This document shows, in pieces, positions 47,567 through 56,110 of a DNA stretch of 64,000 nt. Each line of letters begins with the position of its first letter. The stretch's first letter is position 1. The DNA is from Nitrospirota bacterium (GTDB lineage Bacteria; Nitrospirota; Thermodesulfovibrionia; Thermodesulfovibrionales; Dissulfurispiraceae): positions 1,653-65,652 of the forward strand of contig JAJYXI010000051.1 in NCBI GenBank assembly GCA_021791055.1, written 5' to 3'. The position numbers and the translations under genes were made by a program. Below the pieces are notes generated by a model. That model was not told the DNA's origin. It saw only the letters and a program-made list of their open reading frames with translations, and made no database searches.

Positions 47567-48484
47567 TTATTGGATATAGCCACTTCTTCCTAAAATCCTT
47601 ATCTCCGGTTCAAGAACGATCCCGAATTTATCTTTCACCTTTTTGCCCACCATATCCATAAGTTTAAGAAAATCATCACAGGTTCCATTCCCAGCATTGA
47701 CAAAAAAATTCGCGTGTATTGCGCTGACATCTATGTCTCCCATTCTCATGCCCTTACATCCTGCATCATCTATGAGCTTGCCTGCAGCTATGTCTTTTGG
47801 ATTTTTAAATACGCACCCTGCAGAGGGTTTTGATACAGGCTGCTTTGATTTCTTTTCATTAATGAATCCTGTGAACCTTTTTTTAATTTCAAACGGTTCG
47901 TCTTTCTTAAGGGATAAAACGGCGCTAAGAATAATAGAATCGGAAGGAATCTTTGCGCTCCTATACTGAAAACTCATATCATTTGCGGATAATTCTTTTA
48001 TCCCTCCATTAGGCATTAATAAATTAACGGATTTAACCACATCCTTAATCTCGCATCCAAAAGAGCCTGCATTCCCTGCAATTGCGCCTCCCATAGAACC
48101 CGGAATTCCTGCAAGCCCTTCCATTCCAGAAAGTCCATGCTCAATACACAGATTGATAACCTTTTGAAGAGAGCATCCTGCTTCAGCGTTAAGCGTTGAG
48201 CGTTCAGCGTTTAGAGTGATGTTATTCATCTTCGATGTGAAGATCACAGCACCATCGATGCCTCTGTCTTTTACCAGTATGTTTGTGCCGCCGCCAATAA
48301 CAATATACGGGACTCCTTCTCCGGTAAGAGTTTTTATGAGTTCAGGCAGGGAGGGTTCATCGGGGAATAATGCAACATCGGCAGGCCCGCCTATTTTCAA
48401 AGAGGTATGCATCGACATGGGTTCGTTGAACCGAATATCAATGCTTCTGGAAATACAGAACTCCCTTAGAAGTTCATATTCCAT
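47567..48484 (-). CDS. murB: UDP-N-acetylenolpyruvoylglucosamine reductase
   Basis: LKIGGPADV, GGGTNILV, SAGCVFKNP. In-frame heptamer insert (TLNAERSTLNAE). Confidence 0.92.
   Translation of the reverse strand: MEYELLREFCISRSIDIRFNEPMSMHTSLKIGGPADVALFPDEPSLPELIKTLTGEGVPYIVIGGGTNILVKDRGIDGAVIFTSKMNNITLNAERSTLNAEAGCSLQKVINLCIEHGLSGMEGLAGIPGSMGGAIAGNAGSFGCEIKDVVKSVNLLMPNGGIKELSANDMSFQYRSAKIPSDSIILSAVLSLKKDEPFEIKKRFTGFINEKKSKQPVSKPSAGCVFKNPKDIAAGKLIDDAGCKGMRMGDIDVSAIHANFFVNAGNGTCDDFLKLMDMVGKKVKDKFGIVLEPEIRILGRSGYIQ
48184..48211. repeat. Tandem heptamers (xAGCGTT, 4 units) in frame in murB
   Basis: cagcgtt aagcgtt gagcgtt cagcgtt. Confidence 0.85.
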
Positions 48485-48488
48485 GAAT

Positions 48489-48520
48489 AAACTCCATTAC
48501 TCCATCACTCCAACACTCCT
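48489..48520. repeat. Octamer tandem array (ACTCCAxx, 4 units) spanning the murC stop and the murB SD
   Basis: aaactcc attactcc atcactcc aacactcc. The minus strand reads GGAGTGTT GGAGTGAT GGAGTAAT GGAGTTTA ttc ATG. Confidence 0.85.
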
Positions 48521-49909
48521 TAACTTATTCAGTATCTCTTCACCCATCTTATACACATCGCCTGCACCGAGGGTTATGAGCACATCCCCCGATTTAAGCT
48601 CAGACACAATCTTTTCTGCCAGCTCCTTTCTATCCGAGATGCGGGCAGGGATATAACTCAGATTTTTAAATCCTGTCCCTCTTATCCTTTGAGCAAGGGT
48701 TTCCGAATTTACCCCTTCTATCGGCCTTTCGCTTGCAGGGTATATGTCCATTAAGAACAATCTGTCTGAACTATCCAAACCTGTGGCAAAGCTTACAGCA
48801 AACTCATCCATCAAATCCCTTGTGCGTGTGTATCGGTGGGGCTGGAATAAAACGACTACCCTGTTGCCGTTGAAGCATTCCCGTGCTGCTTTGAGCGTAG
48901 CCGCTATTTCTGAAGGATGATGTCCGTAATCGTCAAAAACCTTGATTTCCCCTGCCTCACCCTTAAATTCGAATCTGCGGTGTATTCCGCTGAAATTACT
49001 TAATGCCTTTGCAATGACATCCACCGGAATTTGAAGCTCTATGGCAACAGCTATTGCAGCCAGACTATTAAGAACATTATGTCTTCCGGGAACCGGAAGG
49101 GTGAATATCCCCAGTGATTTGCCTTTATATACTGCCTCAAAGCTCATCCTTATTCCTGAATGTTTTATTTCCCTCGCATAGATATCAGCAACTTCGGATA
49201 ATCCGTAGGTCAGAAACTTCCTCTGGATTAAAGGGATTATTTCGCGGAGGTAATCATTCTCCATGCAGACAACCGCTATGCCGTAAAACGGGATCTTGTT
49301 TATAAATGCCAGAAACGCATGTTTCAATACATCCATATCCATGAAGTAATCCATGTGTTCCCTGTCGATGTTCGTTATAACGGCAATTGTTGGGTTGAGC
49401 TTAAGGAAAGAGCCGTCGCTTTCGTCGGCCTCTGCCACAATGTAGTCGCCCTGCCCAAGCTTTGCATTGCTCCCCATGGACTTTAGCTTTCCGCCTATAA
49501 TCACTGTCGGGTCCAGTCCGCCTTCACCGAGTACGGTTGCAATAAGGGATGTTGTGGTTGTCTTTCCGTGGGCGCCTGCAACGAGGATTCCGTATTTAAG
49601 CCTACCGAGTTCTGCAAGCATCTCTGCCCTCGGAATAACTGGAATAGATCTGCGCTTTGCCTCTACAACCTCTGGATTATCAGGAGAGACTGCAGAGGAT
49701 ATAACAACAACATGGGCATGGTCTATGTTTTCTCCGTCATGCCCTATAAATATCTTTATGCCAAGGTTCTTCAATCTCGTTGTTGTATCCGACCCCTTCA
49801 CATCAGACCCCGTTATTTCATAGCCGAGATTATGCAGAACCTCCGCAATACCGCTCATCCCGACTCCGCCGATGCCTACGAAATGGATTATCCTATACTT
49901 ATTGAACAT
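48497..49909 (-). CDS. murC: UDP-N-acetylmuramate--L-alanine ligase
   Basis: HFVGIGGVGMSGIAEVL and GAHGKTTTTS. Confidence 0.95.
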   Translation of the reverse strand: MFNKYRIIHFVGIGGVGMSGIAEVLHNLGYEITGSDVKGSDTTTRLKNLGIKIFIGHDGENIDHAHVVVISSAVSPDNPEVVEAKRRSIPVIPRAEMLAELGRLKYGILVAGAHGKTTTTSLIATVLGEGGLDPTVIIGGKLKSMGSNAKLGQGDYIVAEADESDGSFLKLNPTIAVITNIDREHMDYFMDMDVLKHAFLAFINKIPFYGIAVVCMENDYLREIIPLIQRKFLTYGLSEVADIYAREIKHSGIRMSFEAVYKGKSLGIFTLPVPGRHNVLNSLAAIAVAIELQIPVDVIAKALSNFSGIHRRFEFKGEAGEIKVFDDYGHHPSEIAATLKAARECFNGNRVVVLFQPHRYTRTRDLMDEFAVSFATGLDSSDRLFLMDIYPASERPIEGVNSETLAQRIRGTGFKNLSYIPARISDRKELAEKIVSELKSGDVLITLGAGDVYKMGEEILNKLRSVGVME

Positions 49910-49923
49910 GCCTTATCCCTCTT

Positions 49924-51057
49924 TTACTTTTTCATCAGACTCATTGCCAAATCCACAATCCTCTCTGCTGCATCCATCCTGCCAAAGGCAGCAGCCTTCT
50001 GCATCTCTTTCCTTGCCTTTTCATCAGCGTAAAGCTCTCTTATGGCATCCGCCAAAACTTCGCCTTTCAATTCCCTGTCAAGAATCATCCTTGCAGCACC
50101 CATGTCTTCCAGCTTTCTTGCATTAAACTCCTGATGGTTTGACGCTGCATGGGGAAATGGTATTAATATGGCGGGTTTCCCTATGGCTGTAATCTCCGAC
50201 AGGGTTGTTGCACCTGCCCTGCAAACCACAATATCAGCTACGGTATACGCCTCTGCCATCTGGTATATAAACGGCACTACAATGCCGTTAAATCCAAGCC
50301 TCCTGTATGCATTCTTTACCTTCTCATAATCAGTCTCCCCTGTCTGATGGAGAAACTGAATATTTTGCCTTAAATCCAGAAGGTAATTCAATGCCTCTAA
50401 TATGGAACTGTTTATGCTTCTCGCCCCTGAACTGCCGCCGAAAACAAATACGGTGAATTTGCCCTTCTCGATGGGGAATAATGAGAAAGACCTCTTCTCA
50501 TCCCTTTGCAGTATCTGCCTTCTTATAGGATTTCCTGTGAGATAAGCCCTGTCTTTTGGGAAAAATGAGATGCTTTCCTGATAGGTCAGGGCGATTGCAT
50601 CCACAAATTTCCCGAGGAATTTATTCGCAAATCCGGGAACAGAGTTCTGCTCAAGTATTATTGTAGGAATACCCTTCAAATATGCGGTAAGAACCATTCC
50701 GACCGATGCATAACCGCCAACGCCGATTACCGCATCAGGCCTGACGGATTTGAGGATTCTGTAAGAGCCATGTATAGAAAGGATAAAGGAAAAGAGCGCC
50801 CTGATTTTTTTAAATAATGATTTTCCGACGAATCCCTCTGCCTTTAAAAACCTTATGGGATAGCCCTCTCTGGGAATGACACGAGCCTCTATTCCGTGCT
50901 CTGTACCAATAAAGACTATGTCAGTTTTTTGTATTCTGTCTTTTGACTCCTGACCCCTGACTCCTGACTCCCGACTCCTGTTAAGGAACTCCTCTGCTAC
51001 TGCAATACCCGGATAAAGGTGACCCCCCGTTCCTCCGCCTGCAATTATTATTTTCAT
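49924..51057 (-). CDS. murG: Undecaprenyl-PP-MurNAc-pentapeptide GlcNAc transferase
   Basis: AGGGTGGHLYPGIAVA. In-frame heptamer insert (SRESGVRGQESKD). Confidence 0.95.
   Translation of the reverse strand: MKIIIAGGGTGGHLYPGIAVAEEFLNRSRESGVRGQESKDRIQKTDIVFIGTEHGIEARVIPREGYPIRFLKAEGFVGKSLFKKIRALFSFILSIHGSYRILKSVRPDAVIGVGGYASVGMVLTAYLKGIPTIILEQNSVPGFANKFLGKFVDAIALTYQESISFFPKDRAYLTGNPIRRQILQRDEKRSFSLFPIEKGKFTVFVFGGSSGARSINSSILEALNYLLDLRQNIQFLHQTGETDYEKVKNAYRRLGFNGIVVPFIYQMAEAYTVADIVVCRAGATTLSEITAIGKPAILIPFPHAASNHQEFNARKLEDMGAARMILDRELKGEVLADAIRELYADEKARKEMQKAAAFGRMDAAERIVDLAMSLMKK
50945..50979. repeat. Tandem heptamers (GACTCCT, 5 units) in frame in murG
   Basis: gactcct gacccct gactcct gactccc gactcct. 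Same unit as the mutS array. Confidence 0.9.
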
Positions 51058-51093
51058 AGTGTACCTGACAATTTTTAGTAAAATGATAAAAAA

Positions 51094-52362
51094 CTATATC
51101 CTTCTCATTTTACTATATCTTCTATATCCCTGTCCCCTCTGCCATCGCGGGTGTTGATTAACAGACAGTTGATAGCGGGTACGGGCAGGCCTTAGAACCG
51201 TCACATCAGCGGCCGGATTGTTCGTGGTATGCATTCTGTGTTCTGTTTCGTCTTTGGCGGACTGTGTTTTAGAGACATTCAACAGTAGTCCTATGGCTGT
51301 CATGCTCACAAGAAGGGATGAGCCTCCGTAGCTGATAAACGGCAGGGGAAGACCCTTTGTTGGCACCATCCCTGTAACAACGGCAAAATTTATGACAGCC
51401 TGAATAGCTATCATCATGGATATTCCAAAGGCGAGATAATACGAGAAAGCATCTGATGTCCTTCTTGCAATGGCAATGCCTTTAAGAAAAAGAATAAAGA
51501 ATAAAAAGACAACGAAGACCACGCCTATGAATCCAAGCTCCTCGCCGATCAATGAAAAAATAAAGTCCGTATGCACCTCTGGCAGAAATGAGAGCTTCTG
51601 TTTTCCTTCTCCGAGTCCCACTCCGCTAATGCCTCCGCTTCCAAGGGCTATGAATGACTGGACAAGCTGGAATCCGCTTCCCTGCGCATCCTTCCAAGGA
51701 TCGAGAAATGCCGCAACCCTTTTCCATCTGTAAGGCTCTGTTATCAGCTTGACGATAACAGGTATTGCGACAACACCCAGCGACAGTATATAGCGAAGTC
51801 TTATGCCCGATAAGAATAGCAACGCCATTGTAATGAGACCAAGGCTCATAAAAGCACCAAAGTCAGGCTGTTTTAAGAATACAACCTGAAATATGCCCAT
51901 AACGCCTACAGGAATCATAAACGACAAAAACCTGTCTTTCTTATAGCTCGAAAGGCTCATGTACCATGAAAGGAATATAACCATGCACAGCTTTACAAGC
52001 TCCGAAGGCTGAAAAGTGGACGGCCAGATTCTTATCCATCTCCTTGCGCCTCCTGCAGTGACTCCAAATTTTGTGAAAACCATCAGCAGACAGACAAGCG
52101 ATATTGCAAGGAGCGGTATGGACAGTTTTTTCAAATATTTTAGAGGCACTTTATATGCGATAAACATAGCAATTATGCCCAATAACACAGTGAACAACTG
52201 CTTCCTAAGGAAACCGAACTGGCTTATCGCCACCCCTTTTTTACGGTACTTTTCGACCATGTCGGGAGAGATTACCGAGGTGGAGCTGTAAACAGCCATC
52301 AGCCCTACGAGTATAAGCAGAAGAACGATGAGTAGTATCCATCTGTCATACTGCTGCTTCAT
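51094..52362 (-). CDS. ftsW: FtsW (SEDS-family) peptidoglycan polymerase
   Basis: 10-TM FtsW/RodA/SpoVE pattern (PSE..K, TDFIFS, GLPLPFISYGGSS), plus a basic C-terminal tail of about 50 aa. Confidence 0.9.
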   Translation of the reverse strand: MKQQYDRWILLIVLLLILVGLMAVYSSTSVISPDMVEKYRKKGVAISQFGFLRKQLFTVLLGIIAMFIAYKVPLKYLKKLSIPLLAISLVCLLMVFTKFGVTAGGARRWIRIWPSTFQPSELVKLCMVIFLSWYMSLSSYKKDRFLSFMIPVGVMGIFQVVFLKQPDFGAFMSLGLITMALLFLSGIRLRYILSLGVVAIPVIVKLITEPYRWKRVAAFLDPWKDAQGSGFQLVQSFIALGSGGISGVGLGEGKQKLSFLPEVHTDFIFSLIGEELGFIGVVFVVFLFFILFLKGIAIARRTSDAFSYYLAFGISMMIAIQAVINFAVVTGMVPTKGLPLPFISYGGSSLLVSMTAIGLLLNVSKTQSAKDETEHRMHTTNNPAADVTVLRPARTRYQLSVNQHPRWQRGQGYRRYSKMRRI

Positions 52363-53858
52363 AGCTCCATCACCGCCTTTTTAAACTGTCTGCCCCTGTC
52401 CTCGAAATCCCTGAACATATCAAAACTCGCACAGGCAGGAGAAAGCAGAACCACATCGCCATGTGAAGCTGCCTGTTTGGCCTTCAATACGGCAGCCCTG
52501 AAATCATCTTCCATAAAAACCTCTTTAGCCGCCTCTCCAACTGCTCTTTTTATTTTGTCCTTTGCTTCTCCGATAAGAATAAGGGACTTGACCTTTTCTT
52601 TGATAAGTGGCCTTAAAACCGAGAAGTCGCTGTCCTTATCCCTGCCGCCTGCGATAAGTATCACAGGCTCACTGAAACTCTCAAGGGACTTTATAACAGC
52701 CCCTACATTCGTTCCCTTGGAGTCGTTGATAAACTTCACTCCATCTACCTCGCGCACAAACTCAAGCCTGTGTTCAAGCCCCGGAAATGTCTTCAGCGTA
52801 TCAATTACAGCATCCGCATTACATCCTGACAGCAGCGCCATTAAAGATGATGCCATAGCATTTTCGATATTGTGAACGCCCTTTATTCTGAAGTCAGGAG
52901 TCAGAAGTCGGAAGTCAGAAGAAAAATTTTGAATTTTGAATTTTAGATTTTGAATTTTAGATTCAGGCAGATTGAATCTTATAACATTATCCTGAAGATA
53001 AGCGCCCTCAACTTCTCTCTTCCTGCTGAAATAGAAAATTTCTGGTATTCTTTTGACTCTTGACTCTTGACTCTTGACTCTTTGCATTATATCTTCAGTT
53101 GCTGGGTCATCTGCATTTAACACCAGAAAGTCGCCAGCCCCCTGATTTAAAAATATCCTGCATTTCGCATCTATATAATCGGACATCGAAGAATATCTGT
53201 CGAGATGGTCGGGTGTGATATTCAATATAGCCGCACCTTTCGGCCTGAATCTATCGATGGATTCAAGCTGGAAGCTCGACACCTCGGCAACTATATAATC
53301 AATATTTGATTTGTCTTCTGATTTCAGAATCTCCTCTGTCAGCGCATTGCCTATGTTGCCGCCAAGGAGGGTATTAAACCTGCCATTTTTCAGCATTTCA
53401 TAAAGCAGCATAGTAGTTGTTGATTTTCCATTAGTCCCTGTTACAGCAAGAAAAGACGGGCGATGGACAATAGGCGATAGGCGATAAGAAGAAATCTCTT
53501 GCTTACTACCCATAGCCTCTTGCCTATTGCCTATTGCCTCTACTATTTGATACGCCAGCTCCAGTTCACCGATTATCTTTATCCCCTTTTCTGCTGCAGC
53601 CTTCAAAGGAGGAATATTTAATGGCACTCCAGGGCTTACAATAATGAGGTCGGTTTTTTCGAATAACTCTTTAGGATGATTTCCGAGTTCAAGTCTAATG
53701 TCAGGGCTAAGTTTTTCTATGAAGGCTTTAAGTGACCGGGAATCCTTCTTATCTGTTACTGTGACAATGGCACCGAGTTTAGAGAGCAGATTGGCTGCGC
53801 CAACTCCGCTTCTTGCAAGACCGACAATAGTAACCTTTTTACCTTTCAAGTCTATCAA
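52359..53858 (-). CDS. murD: UDP-N-acetylmuramoylalanine--D-glutamate ligase
   Basis: VTIVGLARSG and GTNGKSTT. 499 aa, with four repeat-derived insert blocks. Confidence 0.93.
   Translation of the reverse strand: MIDLKGKKVTIVGLARSGVGAANLLSKLGAIVTVTDKKDSRSLKAFIEKLSPDIRLELGNHPKELFEKTDLIIVSPGVPLNIPPLKAAAEKGIKIIGELELAYQIVEAIGNRQEAMGSKQEISSYRLSPIVHRPSFLAVTGTNGKSTTTMLLYEMLKNGRFNTLLGGNIGNALTEEILKSEDKSNIDYIVAEVSSFQLESIDRFRPKGAAILNITPDHLDRYSSMSDYIDAKCRIFLNQGAGDFLVLNADDPATEDIMQRVKSQESRVKRIPEIFYFSRKREVEGAYLQDNVIRFNLPESKIQNLKFKIQNFSSDFRLLTPDFRIKGVHNIENAMASSLMALLSGCNADAVIDTLKTFPGLEHRLEFVREVDGVKFINDSKGTNVGAVIKSLESFSEPVILIAGGRDKDSDFSVLRPLIKEKVKSLILIGEAKDKIKRAVGEAAKEVFMEDDFRAAVLKAKQAASHGDVVLLSPACASFDMFRDFEDRGRQFKKAVMEL
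52893..52920. repeat. Tandem heptamers (GTCAGAA/GTCAGGA, 4 units) in frame in murD
   Basis: gtcagga gtcagaa gtcggaa gtcagaa. Same unit and same plus-strand orientation as the fabF array, although murD is on the other strand. Confidence 0.9.
52927..52963. repeat. Tandem heptamers (TTTTGAA/TTTTAGA, about 5 units) in frame in murD
   Basis: ttttgaa ttttgaa ttttaga ttttgaa ttttaga tt. Confidence 0.9.
53054..53081. repeat. Tandem heptamers (TGACTCT, 4 units) in frame in murD
   Basis: tgactct x4. Confidence 0.9.
53468..53540. repeat. About 73-nt insert in murD made of two inverted heptamer arrays (hairpin-forming)
   Basis: The left arm caataggcgataggcgat matches the reverse complement of the right arm (caataggcaataggcaag) at 16 of 18 positions. 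The right arm shares a 25-mer with ribF. Confidence 0.8.
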
Positions 53859-53903
53859 TACTTACACTCAACCTCGCTATCTCTTCGCTTCTCAGCAGAT
53901 ACC

Positions 53904-55019
53904 TCAAGATTTACTCATAGGTTCCTGTCTCTGCACGGAAAGCCCCGAAGATTTTTTTGCTTTCTTCTTGGTGACTTTAACATGAGAACTCTTTTTATTT
54001 GCCTTCTTGGCTATCTTGTGAGTTTTATTCTTATGTTTCTTTGCGATTGCATGGGCCTTTCGTGCGTTTTTATGTTTTGCGCTCTTATATCTTTTTTCGG
54101 CTTTATAAGATGCAAAAACCACAGGCCTTTCATCCACACTGCTGAAATAAATCATCGGCTCCGCCCTCTGGGTTAAGACATCATAGCCTTTTGCCAAAAG
54201 CACTGTAGAGTCATCCCAGAGATTGTCCCTCGCAGACTCGCCTAAGACAGCGGCTATCAATGTATTTTGCCCCTTTTTTGCAGCGCATACAAAGCAGTGC
54301 CTCGCCGCTCTTGTATAGCCGGTCTTTCCTCCAAGATTGTCGTCATCGGTCCACAGGAGCTGATTTGTATTTTTGATAAATATACGCCTTCCTCTCTCTG
54401 AAAAAATCTCCTTTGCCCTTGTATTGATTATCTCACGAATTAAGGGATACCTCAGGGATTCTTTCATCACCTTGGCAAGGTCAAAGGCTGTTATATACTG
54501 GTCATGCCCGGGAAGTCCCGAGGCGTTTATAAATCTTGTATTTTCTGCGCCTATACGGCTTGCCTTATCATTCATCATCTCCACAAATGCATCTTCGGAC
54601 CCTGCAGTTGCTTCTGCGAGTGCAACTGCAGCGCTGTTTACAGACCTTATGAGGGCAAGGTCCAAAAGATCTCTAACGCTGTATTTTTCTCCTGCCCTTA
54701 GACGAGGACTCACCGATGGCGTGTTTGCCGCATTCTCGCTGATTGTGACAGCAGAATCGGGATTAATCCTGTCCAGAGCAACCATAGCTGTAATAAGCTT
54801 TGTAGTGCTTGCAGGAGGCAGTTTCAGGTTAGGATTTTTTGCATAGAGTATCTTTTCGCTTGCACTGTCTACCACAACTGCAGCCCTTGCAGAAATTTCA
54901 TCGGCATAAGCAATTAATAGTGAACAGTGGATAGCAAATAGTAAAAAAATAGGGATAAACAGTAATCTTTTCCATATCTTGACTGGCGACTGACGACTGA
55001 TGACTGATGACTGTTTCAT
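53904..55019 (-). CDS. D-alanyl-D-alanine carboxypeptidase (S11, PBP5/6-like) with a polybasic C-terminal tail
   Basis: SxxK (ASTTK), SxN (SVNSAA), KTG (KTGYT) and a Lys-rich tail KHKNARKAHAIAKKHKNKTHKIAKKANKK. Confidence 0.85.
   Translation of the reverse strand: MKQSSVISRQSPVKIWKRLLFIPIFLLFAIHCSLLIAYADEISARAAVVVDSASEKILYAKNPNLKLPPASTTKLITAMVALDRINPDSAVTISENAANTPSVSPRLRAGEKYSVRDLLDLALIRSVNSAAVALAEATAGSEDAFVEMMNDKASRIGAENTRFINASGLPGHDQYITAFDLAKVMKESLRYPLIREIINTRAKEIFSERGRRIFIKNTNQLLWTDDDNLGGKTGYTRAARHCFVCAAKKGQNTLIAAVLGESARDNLWDDSTVLLAKGYDVLTQRAEPMIYFSSVDERPVVFASYKAEKRYKSAKHKNARKAHAIAKKHKNKTHKIAKKANKKSSHVKVTKKKAKKSSGLSVQRQEPMSKS
54981..55015. repeat. Tandem heptamers (GACTGxx, 5 units) in codons 2-13 of the D,D-carboxypeptidase gene
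   Basis: gactggc gactgac gactgat gactgat gactgtt. Confidence 0.85.
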
Positions 55020-55023
55020 ATTT

Positions 55024-56106
55024 TCACCTCAATTTTAATGTTGCAAGGCTGAATAATGCAAGGATTATTCCTACAATCCAGAATCTTACTATTACTTTTG
55101 GTTCCGGCCATCCTTTAAGCTCAAAATGATGATGTATAGGCGCCATCTTAAATATCCTCTTGCCTGTGAGCTTAAATGACATGACCTGAAGGACAACAGA
55201 GATCGTCTCTATAACAAATATACCGCCTACGATAGCAAGGACAATCTCGTGTTTTGTTATAACCGCAAGGGTGCCGAGGGCGCCGCCCAATGACAGCGAG
55301 CCGACATCCCCCATAAAAACCTCTGCAGGATGTGAGTTATACCACAGGAATCCCAACGAAGCGCCAAGCATGGCGCCGCAGAATACAGTCAGCTCTCCTA
55401 TTCCCGGAATGTAAAGAACCTGCAGGTATTTTGCAAACTGTGCATGCCCTGATATATAAACAAGAGCCACATTGGCAATAGTAGCTATGGCAACAAGCCC
55501 TATGGCAAGGCCGTCTATGCCATCTGTCAGATTTACCGCATTGGAAGATCCTACAATAACAAAGACCGAAAACGGGATGTAAAAATAGCCGAGGTCAAAG
55601 AGCCACTTTTTGAAAAAGGGAATGCTCAAAACCGTATTATACGGGTCGTGGGGATTGGCATAAAGGAAGACGCCTATGGTAAAGGCGAGAATAAGCTGCA
55701 AACCGAATTTGTACACCGCCTTCAACCCCTTCGGGTTTTTCTTCACCGTCTTAAGATAATCATCCAGAAAACCGATTGCGCCGAATCCGAGCAGAGAAAT
55801 CATTACCACCCATAGATAAATATTCCTGAAATTTCCCCACATGAGCATCGAAACTGTGATTGCTAAAAGGATAATAATGCCTCCCATTGTCGGAGTGCCT
55901 GCCTTTGAATAATGGGTCTTTGGCCCATCATCCCTTATCTGCTGGGTCATGCTGATTTTCCTGAGCCATCTGATAACCGGTGGCGCTATGACAAACGCAA
56001 CTATCAGGGCAGTCATTGCTGCAAGAGATGTCCTGAAGGTTATATACCTGAATACATTAAAAGGAGAGAAATAATTATGCAGGCTATAAAGCAGTTCGTA
56101 TAGCAT
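55024..56106 (-). CDS. mraY: Phospho-N-acetylmuramoyl-pentapeptide transferase
   Basis: KAGTPTMGG, NAVNLTDGIDGLA, HHHFE. Start at MLYELLY. Confidence 0.95.
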   Translation of the reverse strand: MLYELLYSLHNYFSPFNVFRYITFRTSLAAMTALIVAFVIAPPVIRWLRKISMTQQIRDDGPKTHYSKAGTPTMGGIIILLAITVSMLMWGNFRNIYLWVVMISLLGFGAIGFLDDYLKTVKKNPKGLKAVYKFGLQLILAFTIGVFLYANPHDPYNTVLSIPFFKKWLFDLGYFYIPFSVFVIVGSSNAVNLTDGIDGLAIGLVAIATIANVALVYISGHAQFAKYLQVLYIPGIGELTVFCGAMLGASLGFLWYNSHPAEVFMGDVGSLSLGGALGTLAVITKHEIVLAIVGGIFVIETISVVLQVMSFKLTGKRIFKMAPIHHHFELKGWPEPKVIVRFWIVGIILALFSLATLKLR

Positions 56107-56110
56107 GGTG

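Noticed and set aside
52893-53081. Dense short repeats in murD (and similar arrays elsewhere) might be CRISPR arrays.
   Set aside because: The units are 7 to 8 nt and directly tandem with no spacers. They lie inside intact ORFs, and there are no cas genes.
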